Assembly: GCA_028534125.1 (NCBI GenBank) | Contig: CM052816.1 | Location: 62,684,001 to 62,748,000 of the forward strand | Direction: 5' to 3' | Origin: Lama glama | Lineage: Eukaryota | DNA: 64,000 nucleotides | Shown here: in pieces, positions 1-12,600 of the stretch | Layout: each line of letters opens with the position of its first letter | How positions within the stretch are numbered: the stretch's first letter is position 1 | Notes under the pieces: generated by a model | The model's database searches: none | Seen by the model: only the letters and a program-made list of their open reading frames with translations | What the model was told of the DNA's origin: nothing | Made by a program: the position numbers and the translations under genes

Positions 1-1069
1 GTGATTTTATTGTTCCCGTTAGAGCGTCATTCCATGATATAGATGCTTCATGTGTGTAATTGTGACTATTTTAATGATACCTAGTAAGAATTTCTGGGAG
101 CAGCTCTTAACCTAAGCTTCAGAATTCACAAGGATGAAAATGCACATTGGGGATGGTATGGGGGAAGTGATAGCCACTTCAGTCATCAACTCTTGGTGTT
201 TGGAACAGGTCCTGCAACCTGCTGACACTTTGCCTTGTTGCTGAAAGGTGCTGTGATCAGGTAGAAGATAGAAGTAAGTCAACTTTTGCATTTTACATCT
301 GTTCGCTTAAACTTACGCATTTCCTGGAAACTTTCATATAAGTTTGCAGAACAGAATTAGGAGGTATTTGAAAAAAAAAAGATGTTGATTTCATCTGACT
401 GACTTAATGCTCTCTGGATAACTGACTGGAGATTAAATACCAATGTTTAGATTGTACTTCTTTTTCATCTATTGTTACAACTGAGCATCATAATGTTGGC
501 AGTTTTTTTGTATCATCTAGTGCCACTTGTTGAAGTATTTAATGATAGCCGTGATCTCTGAAGAATTTCATGAGCTGGGGTGAGTGCCTGTCCCTTTGGT
601 AGTGTTAAAGGGCATATGATAAAAAAGTGATTTCACAGTCTGGTCCTGCTTTGCCCTGATGTTCCAAATTGTAGTCACATTAAGGAGAAATAGTTACCTT
701 TTTATTGAATGGAGAGTGATGGGTGAAAAGTCACTTTAATTTTAGGTTGTTTTCTTTCAATATCTCAGGAGGAAATTAACTTTCTTAAACATGTGAGTTA
801 GTGGAATTCATGGGCTTCTGTGCAATTCTTCATTCAGTGCCAACTCTGCTACTATCTGGTTTTGTATTTTACCCTGCTCAAGGCTTCATATTTGTATCTA
901 TGAAACTGGGGGGGGGGAGTGGGGAGGTAGTTTAGAATATTGTGATCTGGAAAGTTTCCATTTTCAGCTGAATATTGTACCCCATGAGCACCCACTCTGT
1001 ACCACATCACAATTGCACAACACTTGAGAATTTGAAAAACATTTTTTTTTCATTTGCTTCTTCAGATAA

Positions 1070-1200
1070 CTTCATAAAACAGTCAAGGTATATTTTATTA
1101 TATCCATTTTACAGATAAGAAAGCTAAGGATTGCCATTCACACTGGTCATAAATTGAGAGCAGTGCACAATCTTTAGAAGTGGGATAGACATGGTCTAGA
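1070..1200 (-). mobile_element. MIR SINE fragment
   Basis: MIR core in reverse: 'attatatccattttacagataagaaagctaagg'. Confidence 0.55.
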
Positions 1201-1589
1201 CACCTTAGTTCAAAGGATGCAGGATCTAAGGCTAATTTTTCCCTTAAAAAGATCTCCCCTTGAACAAAACCATTGACCCTTATTTCTGTGGCTTCTAAAT
1301 AAAGAAGAAAACCTTAGAATTTGGGTTATCCTAAGTACCAGTGACAGTGTGACCCTTTTTGGGTTAAATGATTTGGCGTCTATGTTCGTCAGCGACAGGG
1401 GGCCGGGCTGGGGTGTGGTGATATGGAGAGCTTTATCCCTATGGTTTGCTCTGCAGAAATGGTTTGCCCAGTCAGAAGCTGAAATAACATGCTTGTGACA
1501 GTAAATTGTGTTTCCACAAGGATCATAGGTTTGTGTTGGATGTTTAGAAATAAAGAGAACAAATCGGGCATTACTTACACCTTGAAATG

Positions 1590-1830
1590 AGAGGAGGGTA
1601 GTCTCTGGTGCCAGACTGATGGAATTCACATTCCACTTGCTACTTACCAGCTGTCTGACCTTGGAAGTCACTTAACCTCCATCTGCATCAGTAGTGTCAT
1701 CAGTAAAATGGGCATAAGTGTTAAAAACCCCAGAAAGTTATTATAAAGAGTGAGTTAATATGTATGAAGTTCTTATGTCATTGCCTAGTATACAGCATGT
1801 GTTACATGGGTTTCCACTATTATAATAATA
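1590..1830 (+). mobile_element. MIR SINE, near full length
   Basis: 'cttaccagctgtctgaccttggaagtcacttaacctcc...catcagtaaaatggg' matches the MIR core and ends in a (TAT/AAT)n tail. Confidence 0.8.
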
Positions 1831-1834
1831 AGAG

Positions 1835-2020
1835 TTAATATTTATTGGCTGTTTCCTAGGTCATGCGTGAGTTCATGATTGCCATACATTACCTCATTTA
1901 ACTTTGACTACTATCTCCGAGGTAGGGACTATTTTAATACTCACTTTGTAAGGAAGAAAACTATGGAGAAGTTAAATAATTATCCCCAAATTCACACAGC
2001 CAGTAAGTGATAGCACATCT
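1835..2020 (-). mobile_element. MIR SINE
   Basis: 'acctcatttaac...gaggtagggactatt...gaaaactatggagaagttaaataattatccccaaattcacacagccagtaagtg' is a reverse MIR core. Confidence 0.7.
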
Positions 2021-2599
2021 CTTAAAATTATGCCCTCAACTTCTGTGCTAAAAATGGTTATTTTATACTAGAAGTAGCTTAGAAATAGACAAAGTGAAAG
2101 TAAGAGAGCATGCTGGGCTTTTAAGCTGGCAAAAGTAACCTCTACATTGCAAACTTTGTCTTAAACGGTTTGTCTTAAACATTATCAACAAATGGTTGAT
2201 ATTATTGCTGTAACCTCAGTCTATAGTATATGATTTCAGAAGAGTAACTTCTAGGTGTCCTTTTAAAAAAAACATAGTGACTGATTTCATTGTAACTGTA
2301 CAGAATGAAAAAGAATGTTTAGCACTGATGATATATGATTTTAATGTTAAAAATGAGTTCTATTAGAATCAAAAGAAAATGTTGTCTCAGTATAGTACAG
2401 ATGCCTGGAATAAATTTGGTTTGCAGTGAGGTGGGAAGATTCATCTATTTGTATTGATTCTTTCCACTGTGCGCCACATGTTAAAATGCTTTACAATGAC
2501 CAGTTGTTTTTCTTACATCTCTATAAGCTTAATATTTCCATCATCTTTTTAGCAGGAATGATGTTTCATTGAGAATGCAGATGTTTCAAAATTTAAGGG

Positions 2600-2812
2600 A
2601 GGCTAGTGTTCTAGAGAGTATAAGCTTTGAAGAATTTAGATCTAGATTTTAATCTGAATATTCCTGAGCAAATTACTTAAACTCTCTGAATCTGTTTCCT
2701 TATTCATGAAAAAAAAATAGAAAGAATTGCTTTAACTCCACTTAGAAAGCTGATGTCAAGCACAGATACCGTGCCAGGCACTCTATAATGTTCCAACAAA
2801 ATCTACTGTTAT
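2600..2812 (+). mobile_element. MIR SINE
   Basis: 'gagcaaattacttaaactctctgaatctgtttccttattc' core, then a 'gtgccaggcac' 3' part. Confidence 0.6.
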
Positions 2813-2829
2813 TAAGACAGGTCTAGGTA

Positions 2830-3066
2830 ATAAAGCAGTGTTTGAGGCAGAATTGCTGCTGCTTTAGAAAATCTCAGTGTTTCCTCTTAATGCCTTCAAC
2901 TGATTGGATGAGGCCCATCCATTATGAATGACAATTTGCTTTACTTAAAGTCAACTGATTGTAAATGTTAATTGTGTCCCCAGTTACCTTCACAGCAACA
3001 TCCAGACTAATGTTTGCCCAAACAAGTGGGTTCCATAGTCTAGACACAGTAAGTTTAGCCATCATA
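2830..3066 (-). mobile_element. MLT2-type (ERVL) LTR fragment
   Basis: 'gccttcaactgattggatgaggccca...aaagtcaactgatt...ccttcacagcaacatccagact...agccatcata' matches the MLT2 terminus. Confidence 0.8.
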
Positions 3067-4850
3067 CCATGAAACTCTTTTTCTGTGCTTGGTGTTAAGG
3101 GTCGCTGCTACACTGATAAGTGTTCTGGTTGGCTATGTTATGCTATTAAGGTTGCCTTAAACCCATTCCTCAGTCAACTGAGATAGAAGGATTATTATTG
3201 GAAAGTGAATCGTAAGAAAAAGCACATTCTTTGGTGCTGGAATTCCTAGTGCTAACAGTCAGTAGCTGATAATTGGGCAAGTATGGCAGATACAGTGACA
3301 TGGGAGTGAGCCTGGAAAAGTGTACCTTGATTCCTTCAAAGGTGCTTCTAGGGTCTTAACTTTGCCACAGCTCAAAGCAGATTCCCTTTGGGGATTGAAC
3401 ACTCTTCTCAGAAAGGTGTCCTTATTAACTGTCAGGTGAAAGCATTTCCCTCAAGTTAAGCATGTTGAACTCCCTATTTTGCCAGAATGATGGAGTTACT
3501 TCCCCCTTAGCAACTGCTGTGGCTGCCTCATTTCCCAGGAAACGCTGGCTGCGGTGCAGGTGACAGACCATCAGTTGCTTATTTGAGTCACATCTGAGAT
3601 GTAGCTGGTACTTTGGAGGAAAGTGTGGGAGTTATCCACTCTCCATTTCTGATGTAACCACTGAAGGCATCCCTCCAAAGGAGATAATAACAATACTGCC
3701 TTTGTGAAATGAGAGTCTAGTGGAGTACCATATGTTACCTGTTCTGAGTATTCAGCCTACATGCTCAGGGGGCTCAGTGCCATCTCTTTGGAGGTACATA
3801 TTCTTGAAAGAAAATTAACACTTGCTGGCCACCCAAGTCCTGTAGAAAACTGTTGTCAGATATTTGAGACTGGGTGTTCTACTCAGAAAGGAGGGCATCT
3901 GTGGTGGTAGAGGTTGATTTGGGGCCAGTATATAGCATCTTTATTTTCTTACAGTAATTTTTCTCTAGGCAGATTAATCTAGGAGACCATAAGCCTGTGT
4001 GTATATTTTTAAATCTTTCCCAAATAAAAACCTGCACCTGCAGGATAATAGAGTTCAGACACTGGCATGTGGACATTGTTCTGCCCATGTGGACTCGCTC
4101 TGTCTGCAAAGACCTTTATGAGGAAATGGTCCCTTTGCTATTTGGGGAGAAAATTCCCACTGAAGTGCTTCATCTTCAAATTCATCCCTTTTATTCTGCT
4201 GAGGACTGACAGATGGCCACTGTGGAGTGGTTGCATAGACTAGCTGCTGAATATGACACTCGTACAAACGACCCTTAGTGAGAGCACCTCCCCTCTCCAC
4301 ATAGGTGTAGACAGGACCCATTAGGGATGACAAGCTGCTGAAGGGAGGCCAACGTCCTGGGCCTGTGAGCGTGCTGCTGCGGCTTGAGAGGGTGGTGGGC
4401 CACTGCCTGCCCAGGAGCTCCACAAGGGTGCTGTGATCACAGTGGCTTTGGATGTAGCCTGAAAGATGCTTCTGCAAACACTTCCTGACACCATTTATAA
4501 TACCCTTACCATGTCGTATTGAAGGGGGGTGGGTAAGGCTCTGAGGAGATGGTTTCAAGTTCAGAGGTATTGAAAATGAAATTAAAGTTTTATTCCCCAG
4601 TGTATTTCGTGCACAGCCATCAGCTTAAATTCGGCTGGCTTTCTCCTTGCTTGCTTGTTTCGTTTGTCCTCTGTCTTGAGGGATGTAGAGAGAAGAGCTG
4701 CTTCGGCTGTCTTGGGGACAAAAGATGTCTGATGACACAGAAGGCAGATGGGGGAGGTGTGTGGTGATGCTGTCTACAACGTCCCCCAAGGAAAAGTGGC
4801 TTTCAGCTAAATAGAAGATATATGAACCCTAATGTCTATTTTAAAATATT

Positions 4851-5207
4851 AAGAATGAAATTTTGCCCCTGGAAGCAGCATGAATGGACTTGGAGGGCAT
4901 TATGTTAAGTGAAGTAAGTCAGACAGAGAAAGACAGATACTGTACGATACCACTTACACGTAGGATCTAAAAAATACAACAAACTAGTGAATATAACAAA
5001 CAGACTCAGAGATACAGAGAACAAACTAGTGGTAACCAGTGGGGGAGGGACAATATGGGGTTAGTGGTGCGGGAGGTACAAGCTATTGGGGGTAAGATCG
5101 ACTCAAAGATGTATTGTGTAACATAGGGAATATAACCAATATTTTTTAGTGACTGTAAATAAAAAGTAACCTTTAAAATGGTATAGACTTTTAAAAAATT
5201 AAAAAAA
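4851..5207 (+). mobile_element. LINE-1 3' end (ORF2 tail plus 3'UTR, 5'-truncated)
   Basis: 'atggacttggagggcattatgttaagtgaagtaagtcagacagagaaagac' followed by an L1 3'UTR and an A-rich tail. Confidence 0.9.
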
Positions 5208-7855
5208 CAAGTAGTTGAAATACATGCACAAGAATACCATGAGGCAGTTTAGCTAAGGACAATAGACTAGCTGGTTAACCTGATCAACAAGTTTAGTTTG
5301 TTGCCATTAAGTACACGCATTGCTGTCTATCACATTTTTAAAAGAATATGTATTAAGACAATGAAAATGAAAAAATGTGAAGAATCTCTGGGGCGCCTGG
5401 AATAAAATTTGAAAATATAAATAAATAATGACCATCAAAGTCTTAACTTTGTTTTAAAACTTGAAGGATAAAGAAGCAACAAAACAAAAGAACATTTGGC
5501 TTATTGGCAGATCTGTTATCTGTGAGACACTGGAAGACATGCATTCCTCTGCCTACCTCATCTTTTTAGTGCAGTGATTTATTCTGACATTCTCGGACTA
5601 ATCAGAGAATCTGATCTTTGTCACAAGAGAAAACAAATGTTAACTCCACCTCTAGAGAGAGACAGCTTGGTACAAAAATATCCAGGCTTTTCTCATGGGT
5701 CAGGGTTTCATCATTTACTTTAATCCTTCCCTGATACTCATACCTGCAGACTGACGTGGCTGAATGTGAAATTTCGAAGGGAATACTTTGGTTCTTGGAA
5801 AGACTTCTATCTGGTGGTCCAGTACCTCAGTTACTTTTTCAGACGCTTCCAAGGGATGTAGCTATGTGAAGGTGGTAATAGCAAGGGCCCCTGCACGATA
5901 GAATTTTGATAAGTTTTCCAAATTTGTATTTGTTCCCTTGTGGCATATTATCTTCTATTCTGATTTGAGCAGCTACCCGTGAGGTTGGTAGTCTTGTCTG
6001 TGGTGTCTTCCTTTCTTGAAGCCCCTCTAGATGTCTCTGTGATTATCAGTTGAGTTTTCATTTTAACAAATACCTGTTGATGTCCTTCATAATTTTGCTA
6101 GTTTTTTTCCTCCTTTGAGAAGAGACCTTTATTTCATCTACAATTAGACAACATAATTAGGAAGCCTTCTCCAACAACTGCTGAAATAATAATCGGCAGT
6201 TGGGACATTTGTGGAGAGAGTGGTGGACATGGGAGTGGCAGACCTGTGACTAGAACATCATGCCCTGTTGCATAAGCTCCTACCCCAAAGTTCATAGAAA
6301 AATCAAAATAAGCGCACTTAGCGCACCAGGAACAGTCATGCTTCTGCCCTGTAGAGGTCAATGATACATAATAAGCTCTGTAATCTCTGGGTGAACCTGA
6401 GTACGTGTGTTCCCCGAACCCTTGCCTTCGTTTAAAAACTGCAGTTAGTCTGTCACAGTACTAAATTTCTGAAAAATCTATAGTATTCTTTGATACATGT
6501 AATAATTTTCTCATATATCCACTAGGATTTTATTTGCCTAAATCTTAATATTTGGTCAAGAAATAGTAGACTAACTTCCCACTGTTAGGTACAGAAAGTT
6601 AGGCCTTAGTGCAGAAGCTCTCTGTATTTTATTGTCAGGCAAAGGTGCTGAACACTTTTTCTGGCTGAAGTGCTTTGAACTAACCATATGCCTTTCATCT
6701 GAGTGTCTTAGTGTCCTCGATGTATTTTCTCGTTTAGACACATGACTGCCTTAGGAGATAGGAGGAGAGTAACAGCAGTCCTTAGTAGATAAAGATTTGG
6801 AATATAGAGGATTTGAAACCATGTGAAATAGTCTGGGAGAGATGGTAATAGAAGCTAGGATGCCTACACAACACGGAAGAATGGCTGGAATATTTTTTAC
6901 TTCCTGGGTACACAGACTTTCCTTGGTTCTAGACGTACTGAGGGCCTTTTGGGCTATCAACTATGTGAGGATGATTTCAGTCATTCATAAATGTTCAGCT
7001 TGAATTCCTGAGCTCAGGCAGACTACAGGCATTAGAAGGCTCTCAATACCCACCCCTAGTCCCCACCCCCAGCAAAGACCTTAGCTTTTTCAGACACCAA
7101 AACTATTTATGCCTTAATTGCCTTTAGGAAGTCAAGAGAAATCAAAGCAATCTCTGCCTCCCAATGCAGCGATCTCCTCTGAAACCAAAGTTCTGTTTTT
7201 TGAGCACCTATATTTCTGTTCTTTATTTCTCATGCAGTTCAGTGATTCTTACTGTTTCATCACTGTACTGCTCACCTTCCATAGCAAAAAAATCATGAAC
7301 TATGTTCAATTACAGTTTAACTTCCTCCATCTTTAATATCTTTATATTATTCAGTGGTGTGCTGGTAAATATTTAGCAACGTGCACTCTGAAAAGAGACG
7401 TGTGTTGTATATACACATAAGCTTTTAAAATATTTTACTAATATAAAGAATGTGTAGCATATTGTTTATAAATAATACATGATGATGCTCTTTATTATAA
7501 ATGCTGTATAGCCAGTTCATTTGCACAGAATATTTTCACTGATTTTTGGCTCAACTCTTGTATCAATAACCAACCAGTTGTTGCAAATGGATGTAATTTC
7601 AACACGAATGCTGGTTGATATTTTCATTTGGATTGAGGGGTAAAGTGAAAGTGAAACAAGGAAGGCATGTGTAAGAGTCATGCTCATTTTCCCATGACAT
7701 GGGTGACTTCTTTGCTGAATCGGTGGTTTCAAATACCATGAGAATATTTTTATCAGATTTTATTTTGTTGCTACTCGCAATAAAATGTCAACAGATATGA
7801 CAAAATTTTATGTTTAATCTGCATTATTTTCACCATTATTTCCTTAAATCTAAAC

Positions 7856-8043
7856 CAGGATTTGGCAGACTTTTTCTTGAAGAGCCACTTAGTAAATATT
7901 TCAGATTTATTGTCACATAGTTTTTGCGGTAATTGCTCAACTCTTAACAATAGTAGAACTATAGACATTACCACTGAATATTGGCAGTCGTCTTGTAAGA
8001 CTGTACAAAAACAGGCAGCAAGTAGGCAATAGTTTGTTTCAAC
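7856..8043 (+). mobile_element. MER58-type hAT-Charlie MITE nested in MER63
   Basis: 'caggatttggcagactttttc...agtaaatattt...ctcaactc...acaaaaacaggcagc...tagtttg', inserted after a Charlie-like target 'tctaaa'. Confidence 0.7.
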
Positions 8044-8341
8044 AGTTGACAAAACAGTAAATCAAACCTTGATCTGTTAGCATTTACCAGTTTCTGTGGT
8101 GTAAAAACTCAATCACAATCAACTTCAAGCTCCCAGTGTGTTGTTACTGAACATGAATTTGGGAAGGGATGTTCAGTAACATGCCATTGTGCAATATGTC
8201 CACCATATAGACACAATGGGTGGAAATAAAATCAAAAGTATGGCTAATAAAATGTATATTTATTAGGAAATAAGGGATTTGAGTATTTATTACCTTTGGT
8301 TTTAATATTACTGACTTAATTGTAAAGTCATATAGTCTGAT

Positions 8342-8550
8342 GTTTTTCTCTTTTTTAATTGAAATATAGTCAGTTTATAATGTGTCAATTTCTGGTGTAC
8401 AGCACTGCTTCAGTCATATGTGAACATACATATATTCATTTTCATATTTTTCACCATTTGTTACTACAAGATATCAAATATAGTCTGCTGTGCTATACAG
8501 CATGAACTTGTTTGTTCTGTGTATATATATATATATCAGTACCAGCAAAT
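8342..8550 (-). mobile_element. Younger LINE-1 3' end nested in MER63
   Basis: Poly-T then 'aattgaaatatagtcagtttataatgtgtcaatttctggtgtacagc', the same 3' end type as at 47876 and 52790. Confidence 0.85.
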
Positions 8551-8799
8551 CTCTAATTTTTAATAATTATTATGTTTGATAATCAGCTTTCAAAATTTCT
8601 AAAAAAAAATGTAATTGTGTCTTGCAAACTGGTATGAAGGTTCTACTCACCACTTCTTTTCCTGGCACATTTCCCATTGGAGTTTATTATCATACTCTAG
8701 GAACTGTGATGCATGACCCATAAATTCATTCCATAGACATTTCACTGACTATCTATTTGTGTCAGACACTCTTAACTCTCCTCTGTTACTTTTTGATGT

Positions 8800-9125
8800 A
8801 TTTTCTTCAACTCTCCTGAGAAACATCTTCATGTTTGAAGCTTGGTCTTGACCTAAGCCACTGACTGTCAATCTGTTAAATTCACTGATTTCATATCTCA
8901 TAGTCCTTTGCCATCCCTTGAGTGACTTCAGGTGCCATGGAGGATTCTATTAACGTTCTAAGTAATGTAGTTTCTTTAATTCCAGTGGCCTTTACTACTA
9001 TTCTAACAACGTATTTCCATATATATATTTCCTAAACTTACCTCAATGACCAGCTTAATATCTTGAACTCTGATATCTTACTTTGTGAATTGAACTATAA
9101 ACTGTGTTATCTTCCTAATGCTATG
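8800..9125 (+). mobile_element. Highly decayed L2 internal fragment, probably continuing at 13480-14720
   Basis: Pyrimidine-rich L2-like text ('gtgacttc...', 'aactctgatatc'). The resemblance is weak. Confidence 0.35.
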
Positions 9126-9138
9126 ACTTTTAATTCCC

Positions 9139-9564
9139 TTTTTTCATTCGAGTATAGTTGATATATAATATTTTATAGTTTCAAGTGTACAATAATTTTA
9201 TAGGTTGTCCTTCATTAAAGTAATTATAAAATACTGGCTATATTCTCTGTACTGTATAATATATCCTGTAGCTTATTTATTTTATACATAGTAGTTTGCA
9301 CCCTTTAATCCTCTACCCCATCTTGCCCTTCCCTTCTTCCCACTCCCCACTAGTAACAACTAGTTTGTTCTCCATATCTCTGAGTCTGTTCCTGCTTTTT
9401 TTACATTCATTCATTTTTTTCTTTTTAGATTCCACATATAAGTGATAACATACAGTATTTGTCTTTCTCCATCTGGCACTTTTCACTAAAATAACACCTC
9501 CAAGTCCATACATGTTGTTGAAAAAGGCAAAATTTCATTCTTTTCCATGTCTGTGTAGTATTTT

Positions 9565-9604
<40 letters not shown>

Positions 9605-12600
9605 CATACACACACACACACACACACACACCCCCCCAAATCTTTATCCTTTCATTTCTTAGTAGGCTCTTAGGTTGCTTCTATATCATGGCTATTGTAA
9701 ACAATGCTGCTATGAACATTAGAGTGCATGTATCTTTTTTACTAAAGTTTTCATTTTCTTTGGATATACACCCAGGAGTGGAATTGCTGGATAATATGGT
9801 AATTCCAATTTTAGTTTTTGAGGAACCTCTATACTGTATTCCACAGTGGCTGTACCAGTTTACATTTTTGCCAACAGGATACAAGAATTCCCTTTTCTCT
9901 ACATCCTCACTGATACTTGTTATTTGTGGTCTTTTTGAGGCTAGCCATTCTGACAGGTGTAAAGTAATGTCTCATAGTGGCTCTGATTTGCATTTCCCTG
10001 ATTAGCAATATTGAGCATCTTTTCACATGCCTTTTGGCCATCTGTATATCTTGGGAAAAGTGTCTATTCAGGTATTCTGCTCATTTGTTCAAATCAAGTT
10101 GTTTGGGCCTTTTTTTTGTATATATTGAGGTGTATGAGCTATTTTTATGTTTTGGATATTAATCCTTTACTGGTCATGTTATTCACAAATATTTTCTCCT
10201 GTTCAGTAGATTGCTTTTTTGTTTTGTTGATGGTTTCCTTTGCTGCAAAACTTTTAACTTTAATTAGGCTTGTTTATTTTCACTTTCTTTTTTTTGCTGG
10301 AGGAGACAGATCCAAAAAACTGCTATGATTTGTATCAAAGAGTGTTCTACCCTTTTTTTCTTCTGTGAGTTTCATGGTTTCCCACTTTGGCCAGTACTGT
10401 ACTGTCTGATGACTGTAGCTTAGTAGTACAGTCTGAAGTCAGGGAGTGTGATACCTCTAGCTTTGTTTCTTTCTTAATATTGCTTCAGCTATTCAGGGTC
10501 TTTTGTGATTCCATATTAATTTTAAAACTGTTACAGTTCTGTAAAAATGTCATGATTGTTTTGATAGGGATTACTTTAAACTTGTAGATAGCTTTGGGTA
10601 GTATGGTCATTTTAATCATAGCAATTTTTTTTCAATCCAAGAGCATGGAATGTCTTTCCTTTTTTTGTATCATCTTCAATTTCCTTCATCAGTGTTTTAT
10701 AATCTTCAGAGTATAAGTCTTTTACCTCCTTAGTTAAGTTTATTCCTAGGTGTTTTATTCTTTCTGATGCAATTTTGAAGGGAATTGTTTTCTTGCTTTC
10801 TTTCTGATTGATTATTATTAGGGTATAGAAAAGCAGTAGATTTCTGTATATTAATCTTGTATCCTGCAACTTTAGTGAATTAATTTATTAGTTAGAATGG
10901 TTTTTATATGATGTCTTTAGGGTTTACTATACATAGTATCAAATACAAATAGTGAAACTTTTACTTCTCTTCCAATTTGGATGCCTTTCCTTCCTTCCTC
11001 CCTCCCTTCCTCCCTTCTGTCTAATTGCTATGACTAGGCCTTCTAATACTATGTTAAAAAGAAATGGTGACAGTGGGCATCTTTGTCTTGTTTCTGATTT
11101 TAGAGGAAAGGTTTTCAGCTTTTCACTATTCAGTATAATCTTACTGTGCATTTGTCATAAATGTCCTTTGTTATGTTGAGATATATTCCCTCTATACTCA
11201 TTTTGATAAGAATTTTTATCATAAATGGATACTGAATTTTGTCAGATGTTTTTCCTGCATCCATTGAAGTGATCGTGTGATTTTTATCCTATGTGTTGTT
11301 AATGTGATCGAAAGCCTTTGCCATATATTTGTCTTTACTGGTAGGATTTTTCCTTTCCTATGACTTCTTCTTATTGTAGCCTTTTCTTTTCCACTTAAGA
11401 CCATTTAACAGTTCTTTTAGGGTCAGTTTAATGTTGATCGGCTCTTAGTTTTTGCTTGTCTGAGAAGTGTTTTTATTTTGTTTTGTTTTTGCTTCTAATC
11501 TCTCCTTCAATTCTGAATGATAATCTTGCTTGGTAGGGCATCCTAGGTTGTATGTTTTCCCCTTTCAGTACCTTAAATATGTCGTGTCACTCACTTCTGG
11601 CCTGCAAAGTTTCTGCAGATAAATCAGCTGAAAGCCTTATGAGGGATCCCCTGTATGTGCCTTTTTTATTTTTCTCTTAACTGCCTTCAGAATTCTCTCC
11701 TTAACTTTTTTCCAGTTTTAATTATGATTTGTCTTGGTGTGAGTCTCTTTCAGTTTATCTTGTTTGAAACTCTGTGCTTCCTGTACCTGGATAAGCTGTT
11801 ACCTTCTTCAAGTTAGGGGAGTTCTCAGATACAATTTTATTAAATACACTTTCAACACTTTGCTCACTCTTCTTTTTTAGGGACCCATATAATGCAAATG
11901 TTAGTATGCTTGATGTTGTCCTACAGGTCCCTTAAACTGTCCTTATTTCTTATTTGTTTTTCTTTTTGCTATTCTGACTGGGTGATTTCCTTTATACTAT
12001 TTTCTAGATCACTTAGACATTCCTCTGTATCTCCTAGTCTGCTATTAATTCCTTCTAGAGTATTTTTCATTTCAGTTATTGTATCCTTAAAGAGCTTACT
12101 GATTCTTTGTTATATTCTCTAGTTTCTTGTTAAAATTCTCACTGTTTATCCATTTTTGCCCTGGTTCAGTTACCATTCTTCCTGCTAATGCTTTCAACTC
12201 TATCTGGTGAATTATTTATCTTGGTTTGTTGTTTTTTTTTCAGGTTTTTTTCCTTGTTCATTCATTTGAAACAAATCCCTCTGTCTTCTCATTTTAACTT
12301 TTTCTGTCTCTATGAAATTAGATTATAGGGTTAACTATCCCAAGGAATTTTCTTGTGTAGGTGATTCTATGCAGTCTGTGTGTACCTAGTGGCTTTAGTG
12401 GGAGAGCTGGATCCAAAGTAAGCACAGTTCATGTCTCCCCTCAGGGCTTGCTGGCAGCTGTCACCTTGGTAGGAGGTAGGGATGGATATGGAAGGGCTAG
12501 AGCCACAGCCAGGTGTGAGTAGGAGCCTCTCTCCTAAGCTCAGTGGTTGTCACTGCCCTATTGGAGGTGGGGCAGGATTGGATCCCAAGGTGCTGGAGCA

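Larger units (their letters stand above)
7352..8654 (-). mobile_element. MER63-type hAT DNA transposon (interrupted twice)
   Basis: Terminus 'cagtggtgtgctggtaaat' at 7352 and a decayed opposite terminus '...ctactcaccact' at 8654. The internal sequence follows the MER63 consensus as I recall it. Confidence 0.8.

Noticed and set aside
907..927. G-run as a G-quadruplex or promoter
   Set aside because: It is an isolated homopolymer in AT-rich DNA with no CpG island.
1210..1671. 153-aa minus-strand ORF
   Set aside because: It starts inside a MIR, has no recognisable domain and has no splice support.
3997..4209. Plus-strand ORF with 'HVDIVLP', reminiscent of integrase 'HVDIVGP'
   Set aside because: It is a single short word with no further DDE context, and it is on the opposite strand to the RNase H-like segment. 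It shows how easily chance matches arise here.
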